DNA from: Armatimonadota bacterium
GTDB lineage: Bacteria > Armatimonadota > UBA5829 > DSUL01
Direction of reading: 5' to 3'
NCBI GenBank assembly: GCA_039811685.1
Contig: JBDHZC010000002.1
Span: forward strand, 384,001 to 448,000
Length of the DNA stretch: 64,000 bases
Part shown: in pieces, positions 58,511-64,000 of the stretch
Position numbering within the stretch: position 1 is the stretch's first letter
How the letters are laid out: each line of letters begins with the position of its first letter
Translations under genes and position numbers: made by a program
The notes under the pieces: generated by a model
What the model was told of the DNA's origin: nothing
What the model saw: only the letters and a program-made list of their open reading frames with translations
Databases searched by the model: none

Positions 58511-59485
58511 TCAGAGCCTTTCGCGCCGCCGCCTCCGCACGCTATCCAGAGTCACAGCAAGGACCACCACAAAACCTGTTGACATGGACTGCCACCACGA
58601 CTCAACACCGATGAAGGTCAATCCGAGCGGCAACAAACTCATCAGACCGGCGCCTATCACAGCGCCCAGAATCGTCCCGACGCCACCCGTTAGACTGATT
58701 CCACCGATGACTACAGCAGCGATGGCGGTCAGTTCATAGGCCACTCCCGCCTTCGGATCTCCGATGGTTACACCGGACGCAATGATTACGCCGGCCAGAG
58801 CGGCGCACGCCGCGCTTGCTGAGTAGCAGAATGCGCGCACGCCCTCCACATTGACTCCGGCCAGTCGCGCCGCCTCGACATTGCCGCCAACCGCATAGAT
58901 CCGGCGGCCGAGCGCAGTGTGATGGGCAATCAGATGAGCGACGATGGCCAGCGCGACGAACAGGACCCCAGCAACCGGCAAAAACGGAAGAAAACGGACG
59001 TGCGCGTTGCCGCTTGCGCCGATAGCGTTGAACGCCTCCGGCAGCCCGCTGATAATGGAGCCGTGAGTGATATACTCAGCCAGCCCCCGCGCGATGATCA
59101 GCGTCCCCAGAGTGATGATGAACGGGGGCACCCCCAGGCGGTTGATATAAAACGAGTGGTAGAGACCAATCCCGACACCGGCGGCAAGCGTCAGCGCAAT
59201 GGCGAGGACAACAGCAGGCACATCTCCCATAACAGGCGCCAGCTTCTGCACCAGTAGCGCATCCAGAACACCGGCCAGCGCGATAATAGAGCCGGGCGCC
59301 AGGTCAATGCCGCCCGTGAGTATGACGAAGGTCTCCCCGATTGCCAGAAGCCCAATCAGCGACAGAGAAAACAGCCACAGATTCGCGGAGTAAGTCTGGA
59401 AAAAAGCAGCCGGATTCAGGACCGCTACGGCCACCATGGCCACAACCAGCGCGACAAATATCCCCGACTCGGCGCGGTTCTTCAC
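58511..59485 (-). CDS. Sugar ABC transporter permease (RbsC-like)
   Basis: ILTGGIDL, PPFIITLG, GRRIYAVGGN.EAARLAG, ELTAIAAVVIGG.SL.GG.G. Confidence 0.93.
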   Translation of the reverse strand: MKNRAESGIFVALVVAMVAVAVLNPAAFFQTYSANLWLFSLSLIGLLAIGETFVILTGGIDLAPGSIIALAGVLDALLVQKLAPVMGDVPAVVLAIALTLAAGVGIGLYHSFYINRLGVPPFIITLGTLIIARGLAEYITHGSIISGLPEAFNAIGASGNAHVRFLPFLPVAGVLFVALAIVAHLIAHHTALGRRIYAVGGNVEAARLAGVNVEGVRAFCYSASAACAALAGVIIASGVTIGDPKAGVAYELTAIAAVVIGGISLTGGVGTILGAVIGAGLMSLLPLGLTFIGVESWWQSMSTGFVVVLAVTLDSVRRRRRERL

Positions 59486-59534
59486 GCGGACGCACACCCC
59501 GCACTGGCCCTGGCAGTCACAGTGGGCAGGAAGA

Positions 59535-60173
59535 TCAAGCCGCCTTCTCCCGGGGTTCTTCCGGGCGCAGATGATGCCACACCCAGAAAGCCACCGCGCA
59601 CACAAACACGACCAGCACAACCACATCCGCACCCTGGAAGTACCGCTTCAGATCTTCCCAGCGGTCGCCAAGTTTGTGCCCCGCCCACGCCAGAGCGTAA
59701 CACCACGGCAGACTTCCGAGAAACGTATAGACCGTGAAGTGCCAGAAACGCATCCGGGAGATGCCCGCCGGCAGCGAAATGACAGTCCTCACGACTGGCA
59801 GCAAGCGGCTGATAAAGATAGCCCAGTCTCCCCAGCGGTCGAAGAAGCGATCTGCTGCGTCCACGTCGCGCTTTCTGACAAGCAGATAGCGCCCATACTT
59901 ATACACAAAGGGACGTCCGCCGAAGTAGCCGACCCAGTAAGCCAGCCACGATCCCAGAACGCAGCCCAGCGCGCCAGCGACTGCCATTCCGATCAGAGAG
60001 AACTTTTCGGGATTTTGAGAGACCAGATACCCGCCAAAGGGCATGATAATCTCACTGGGAAGAGGGATACAGGCGCTTTCAATGGCCATCATCAGCACAA
60101 TACCTAGGTAGCCAAGCGCCGCGATCGTGCCGGTGGTCCACGCTATGACCGGTGCGAGAAGTTTGTGGATCAA
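59535..60173 (-). CDS. DedA family protein
   Basis: IESACIPLPSE, YWVG..GGR, SRLLPVVRTVISLPAG. Confidence 0.93.
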   Translation of the reverse strand: MIHKLLAPVIAWTTGTIAALGYLGIVLMMAIESACIPLPSEIIMPFGGYLVSQNPEKFSLIGMAVAGALGCVLGSWLAYWVGYFGGRPFVYKYGRYLLVRKRDVDAADRFFDRWGDWAIFISRLLPVVRTVISLPAGISRMRFWHFTVYTFLGSLPWCYALAWAGHKLGDRWEDLKRYFQGADVVVLVVFVCAVAFWVWHHLRPEEPREKAA

Positions 60174-61312
60174 GCCGCTCGTCCCAGAGCTGTCTCATAC
60201 ACCTCCAGCACTTTTGAAATCATCGCGTCCACGCTCAGAGAACCGGAGAACGCGCGGGCGGCGGCCCCAAAGCTCCTTCTCTGCTCGTCATCTCTAAGCA
60301 GACTCAACACGCGCCCGGAAAACTCCCGGGCATCGTTACCCACCAGGTAGCCCGTTTCGCCGTCGCGCACAAACTCCGGGATACCTCCGGACGCAACAGC
60401 CACGCTCGGCAGACCCTCTGCCGCTGCTTCTCCAACCGCCAGTCCCTGGGTCTCCGTCAGAGACGGAAAGACGAAGATATCCGCCTGAGAGAAGACATCT
60501 CGCAGTCTTGCGCGCTCCAGTGGACCAGTAAAGGTCGTGCGAACTCCAATGCCCTTGATTTTTGCGTTCTCCTTCAACTCTTCCAGATACGGCCCGCCGC
60601 CGACAATGACGAGACGCGCCCGGGGTTCTTCAGCGCTGACAATCTTGAACGACTCCAGAAGAAGCTCGAGGTTCTTCTCTTTCGCGATGCGCCCCACATA
60701 AACGAGCAGCCGATCCTGTGGCATCATACGGTACTTCGCGCGCAAATCAAAGCGCTCGCTGTGACCGTTATTCAGCTCAATTCCTGTAGGAATAGCTCGC
60801 CACGGCGTCTTTACTCCATAGCTTTGCAGAATCTTTCCTGTCGCGTTGCTGGGCACAATGACGGCGTTGCAGCGATTGTAGTAGTAGCGCATCCACGCCA
60901 CCACCAGCCACCTCCACATCCACGACGGCCCGTGAAAGTAGTGAACGTACTCCGTATAGAGTGTGTGGTTTGTGGAGACTACCGGCACCGAAGTGGCCTC
61001 CGCCCAGCCCAGCCCGGCTGTACCCACGACAAATGGAGTATGCGTATGCACAAGGTCCACCCGCAAAGAGCAAAACAGATCGAACATCCGATTCCCACCC
61101 GGCAGGGCAATCGGGTAGTCCGGTATGGACGATGGACGCACGCTTCGCAGGCGATAGACGTTTGAGCGCTCATCCTGATAGCCGGGAAAGTTGGGCGCGA
61201 AATAGCTGACGCGATGCCCGCGCTTCTCGAGCTCTCGTCCGAGAGTCTCTATGGAGATCGAGACGCCGTTCACTACAGGCGCGAAGCTCTCGGAGAATAT
61301 CCCTATGTGCAA
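60170..61312 (-). CDS. Glycosyltransferase family 4 (glycolipid synthase-like)
   Basis: PVVNGVS, HTHTPF, HTLYTEY.HY, VGRIAKEKN, ETQGL..EA. Confidence 0.9.
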   Translation of the reverse strand: MHIGIFSESFAPVVNGVSISIETLGRELEKRGHRVSYFAPNFPGYQDERSNVYRLRSVRPSSIPDYPIALPGGNRMFDLFCSLRVDLVHTHTPFVVGTAGLGWAEATSVPVVSTNHTLYTEYVHYFHGPSWMWRWLVVAWMRYYYNRCNAVIVPSNATGKILQSYGVKTPWRAIPTGIELNNGHSERFDLRAKYRMMPQDRLLVYVGRIAKEKNLELLLESFKIVSAEEPRARLVIVGGGPYLEELKENAKIKGIGVRTTFTGPLERARLRDVFSQADIFVFPSLTETQGLAVGEAAAEGLPSVAVASGGIPEFVRDGETGYLVGNDAREFSGRVLSLLRDDEQRRSFGAAARAFSGSLSVDAMISKVLEVYETALGRAA

Positions 61313-61335
61313 TCCTTGCCTGGCCTCTGTGAAGA

Positions 61336-62457
61336 CTAATGCTCAGTCGGCGCAGCGGGTTCGTCGCGCTTTCGGCGGGAGAGCCGCTCACCGTGATTCT
61401 CCATAAAAGCGATCACGTCTGAAAGGCGGAAACGCCTTTGGTTTCCCACAGTACGAAAGTGCGGCAGAACGCCCCGGTTGGTGTAGCGGCGCACAGTGGT
61501 GGGACAGACGTTGAGAATCCGCGCGGCGTCCTCCAGGCTCAGAGGCGGATCGAGCAGCCTCTCGAGAAGCTCAGAGCGACTCTCGCGAAAGTCTCTCTTG
61601 TAAGACTTCTGCGCAACTTCGCTGAGAAGCTCGGCCTTGTCCGAATCAATTCGTGCCAGCGCCTGAATGTGTCTCGGCAGAGTCTCCAGCGACTGCGGCA
61701 CGGCATCTGCCCCGGCGGCAGCGTCACCCGGCGCAACAGACCCAACAACGGGCTGCTTTGCCGGAGTTTCTGCAGGGCGCGGGCGAGGCTGGGCTGCCTT
61801 TGGCGCTGAAGCGGGACTGGCAGAAGGCGCTGGTAGTTTGGCCGCCGGCGCGCGGACATCCGGCTCCTGCGAACCTCCGTCCTCAGGCGATCCAAACGCA
61901 GGTTGACCCGAATCTGGAGTCTGCGGCTTTTCCTGCTCCGCCCTGTCCTTCGCCTGCGGTGAATCCGGTTCTGTAGCGCTGTCTGAGGTCTTCAGATAAG
62001 GCAGAAAATCTTCAATTTCGGGGATGTGAAGGTTCAAATCGTCCGGATGAAGCGGCTGAGTCTTGGACGCAGGCGGCGCCGGCCGGGCAACCACTTCCTG
62101 GCTGGAAGCAAGCTTCGCCTCCTCAGACTGATTCAGACGGCCGGCCGCTTCCGAGACAGAAGCAATGCCGGGCTTCTCAACGCTTCGAGTCTTTGTCTCC
62201 GCATTTGAGCCGGACACAGACGCTGGGGAGGACGCAGGTTTGGAAACCGGCGGCACAGTTTGCGCGCCCTGATCGCTGACAGGTTTGCGCGAGCCAAAGA
62301 GCGCCTCTTTGCGGGCGGCGGCCTCAGAAGCGACACTGCCGGTGGATTCCTTCGGCTTTTCAGCCTTCTCAGCAGGTGGCGCTGAAGGCGCGGCGGTCTG
62401 CTGATCCTGGTCTTTCTCGACCTGCTCAACATACTTCAGCCAGTCATCCAGCCTCAT
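61336..62457 (-). CDS. BldC/excisionase-like (HTH_17) DNA-binding protein with long disordered N-terminal region
   Basis: C-terminal LSLEDAARILNVCPTTVRRYTNRGVLPHFRTVGNQRRFRLSDV. Confidence 0.8.
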   Translation of the reverse strand: MRLDDWLKYVEQVEKDQDQQTAAPSAPPAEKAEKPKESTGSVASEAAARKEALFGSRKPVSDQGAQTVPPVSKPASSPASVSGSNAETKTRSVEKPGIASVSEAAGRLNQSEEAKLASSQEVVARPAPPASKTQPLHPDDLNLHIPEIEDFLPYLKTSDSATEPDSPQAKDRAEQEKPQTPDSGQPAFGSPEDGGSQEPDVRAPAAKLPAPSASPASAPKAAQPRPRPAETPAKQPVVGSVAPGDAAAGADAVPQSLETLPRHIQALARIDSDKAELLSEVAQKSYKRDFRESRSELLERLLDPPLSLEDAARILNVCPTTVRRYTNRGVLPHFRTVGNQRRFRLSDVIAFMENHGERLSRRKRDEPAAPTEH

Positions 62458-62557
62458 AGTCCATTTCCCTTCTTTCCCGTCTGGTGAGTGTGCCCCGGGC
62501 ACAACTCGAGCGGCTCGCGCTCCGTGTAAAAAAACCGTCTGTATCAGGGCCTGTCTG

Positions 62558-63565
62558 TTAGAGAATGAGCATGGCGTCGCCCAGGCTCAGGAAGCGGTAG
62601 CGCTCCTGCACAGCCTGCGCATAGGCCTGCTTCAGATTGTCCAGCCCTGCAAATGCGCTCACAAGCACAAACAGCGTTGAGCGCGGCATGTGAAAGTTGG
62701 TCAGCAGTCCCCCGGTCACTCGAAATTCATAACCCGGCTTGATGAAGAGATCCGTCTCTGACTCCCTGGGCGAAACCCGCCCGGGGCCGGCAGCGCACGC
62801 TTCGACAGTGCGCGTTGAAGTTGTCCCCACGCAAACCACGCGTCCGGCGCCTGCGTTGATAGTCTGCGCCGCTTCCCGCGTTATGCGGATACGCTCTGCA
62901 GCGAGTTCGTGCTCATCCAGCGTCTGGCTGCGCACCGGGCGAAAAGTGCTGGCGCCGACGTGCAGAGTGACCCTGGCCACCTCTACCCCGCGTCTGGTTA
63001 GCCTGTCAAGCACTTCGTCCGTGAAGTGAAGTCCCGCAGTTGGCGCTGCGCTAGACCCCTCGTCCTTTGAGTAAACAGTCTGATAACGCTCCCCTGCTGT
63101 CAGGGGTTTGCGTATGTACGGAGGAAGCGGTGTTTCCGCGGCGCTTGCGATAGCAGCGCCAACATCCTCCCCGGACATCTCAACCAACCGGCTGCCGTCC
63201 TCCAGCCTCCGGATTATCCGGCCCGTCAGATCGTCTGAAAAGATGACTTCGTCACCCGCTCGCAGCCGCCTGCCAGGCTTCATCAGAGCGCGGTAAACAC
63301 TCCCGCCCACGCTCTCCAGAAACAGCGCCTCAACCTGTGCGCCACTCGGGCGATGTCCCCGAAGCCGGAACGCCGAGACCCGTGTATCGTTAATGACCAG
63401 CACGTCTCCGGGATTCAGATATTCTGGAAAATCCCGGAACATGCGGTGCTGAACGTCTCCGGTGGCCCTGTTGAGAACCAGCATCCGCGACGCGCTGCGG
63501 TCCTCCAGAGGCTCCTGCGCAATCAGCTCCTCCGGCAGAAAATAGTCAAAATCGCTTGTGAGCAC
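62558..63565 (-). CDS. queA: tRNA preQ1(34) S-adenosylmethionine ribosyltransferase-isomerase
   Basis: LPEELIAQ, PLPPYI, YQTVY, AAPTAGLHF, VGTT, TNFH.PRSTL, GDAM. Confidence 0.97.
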   Translation of the reverse strand: MLTSDFDYFLPEELIAQEPLEDRSASRMLVLNRATGDVQHRMFRDFPEYLNPGDVLVINDTRVSAFRLRGHRPSGAQVEALFLESVGGSVYRALMKPGRRLRAGDEVIFSDDLTGRIIRRLEDGSRLVEMSGEDVGAAIASAAETPLPPYIRKPLTAGERYQTVYSKDEGSSAAPTAGLHFTDEVLDRLTRRGVEVARVTLHVGASTFRPVRSQTLDEHELAAERIRITREAAQTINAGAGRVVCVGTTSTRTVEACAAGPGRVSPRESETDLFIKPGYEFRVTGGLLTNFHMPRSTLFVLVSAFAGLDNLKQAYAQAVQERYRFLSLGDAMLIL

Positions 63566-63784
63566 CTACCGGCGCATCCCGGACAGTAGGTACAAAAGCG
63601 CGCTCAGCACAAGACTCACGACGATACAGGTTGCTATGGGAAAGTACAGCGTAGTGTTGCCCCGCCGGATCACTACGTCGCCGGGAAGCGCCCCTGGACG
63701 CCCACCCGTGACAGCCTCCAGCGCCATCACAACAAGCCCCAGAACGACTATCAGCGCGCCAGCGCCTACAATGAACTTGCCCAT
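63566..63784 (-). CDS. DUF2905 family small membrane protein
   Basis: G.LPGD......YFPIATCIVVS; typically adjacent to queA. Confidence 0.9.
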   Translation of the reverse strand: MGKFIVGAGALIVVLGLVVMALEAVTGGRPGALPGDVVIRRGNTTLYFPIATCIVVSLVLSALLYLLSGMRR

Positions 63785-63820
63785 AATACACCAGCCGCAC
63801 CCTCGTCGCGGCCAAGGCCT

Positions 63821-63849
63821 ATTCTAGTCTGAGCGTCAAGCGCGGTCAA
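63821..63849 (-). promoter_or_regulatory. Sigma70 promoter of the DUF2905-queA operon
   Basis: TTGACC-N17-TAGAAT. Confidence 0.7.
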
Positions 63850-64000
63850 GAAGTAACGCGCAAAAAGAGTAAGTTCCAGCCGAAAAACTAGACTACTCTT
63901 AGACTTACTGGACGTTGCGGCTATCATGGACAATAGTCTGAGGCATCGCTTCTTTGACACGAGAGCGGGTCTGGGAGTTGCCTGAACTGCCGAAGCCCGG

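Noticed and set aside
61336..61550. Excisionase suggesting a prophage or ICE
   Set aside because: The HTH is fused to a long chromosomal protein between queA and a GT4; no integrase or phage genes nearby
1..64000. CRISPR arrays, IS elements, rRNA
   Set aside because: No regularly spaced DNA repeats, transposase ORFs or rRNA-like sequence seen

Overview
A GC-rich, gene-dense bacterial chromosome segment with about 56 CDS and one tRNA-Ser(GGA). I found no CRISPR array, integrase, transposase or prophage. The lineage is probably a diderm Terrabacterium such as Armatimonadota. This is inferred from the alpha2-type GlyRS, GmhB, an SLH/OmpM-like outer-membrane protein and the C-terminal domains of secreted proteins. 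Contents in order: (1) the end of an rfbB-gmhB-outer-membrane-protein operon; (2) secreted carbohydrate-active and adhesin-like proteins; (3) msrB and an atypical CBS-GGDEF protein; (4) a TetR-EmrAB efflux operon; (5) a thioester alpha-2-macroglobulin translationally coupled to a VanW-domain protein; (6) ferredoxin and tRNA-Ser; (7) a compact flagellar export operon (fliN-fliO-fliPQR-flhBA-flhF-orf-fliA-orf-orf) that lacks flhG and follows a sigma28-like promoter; (8) glyQS; (9) a long minus-strand housekeeping run (DUF2905, queA, a BldC-like HTH protein, GT4, DedA, sugar ABC permease and binding protein, smc, SGNH, two MFS). The best candidate for an undescribed system is the alpha-2-macroglobulin + VanW (predicted L,D-transpeptidase) module, which would stand in for the canonical macroglobulin + PBP1C pair. 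Other leads are a ~400-nt structured leader or ncRNA, the non-canonical CBS-GGDEF fusion, a degenerate GT2-TPR gene behind a FliA-like -10, and the FlhG-less flagellar operon. All calls come from reading motifs by eye; no searches were run.
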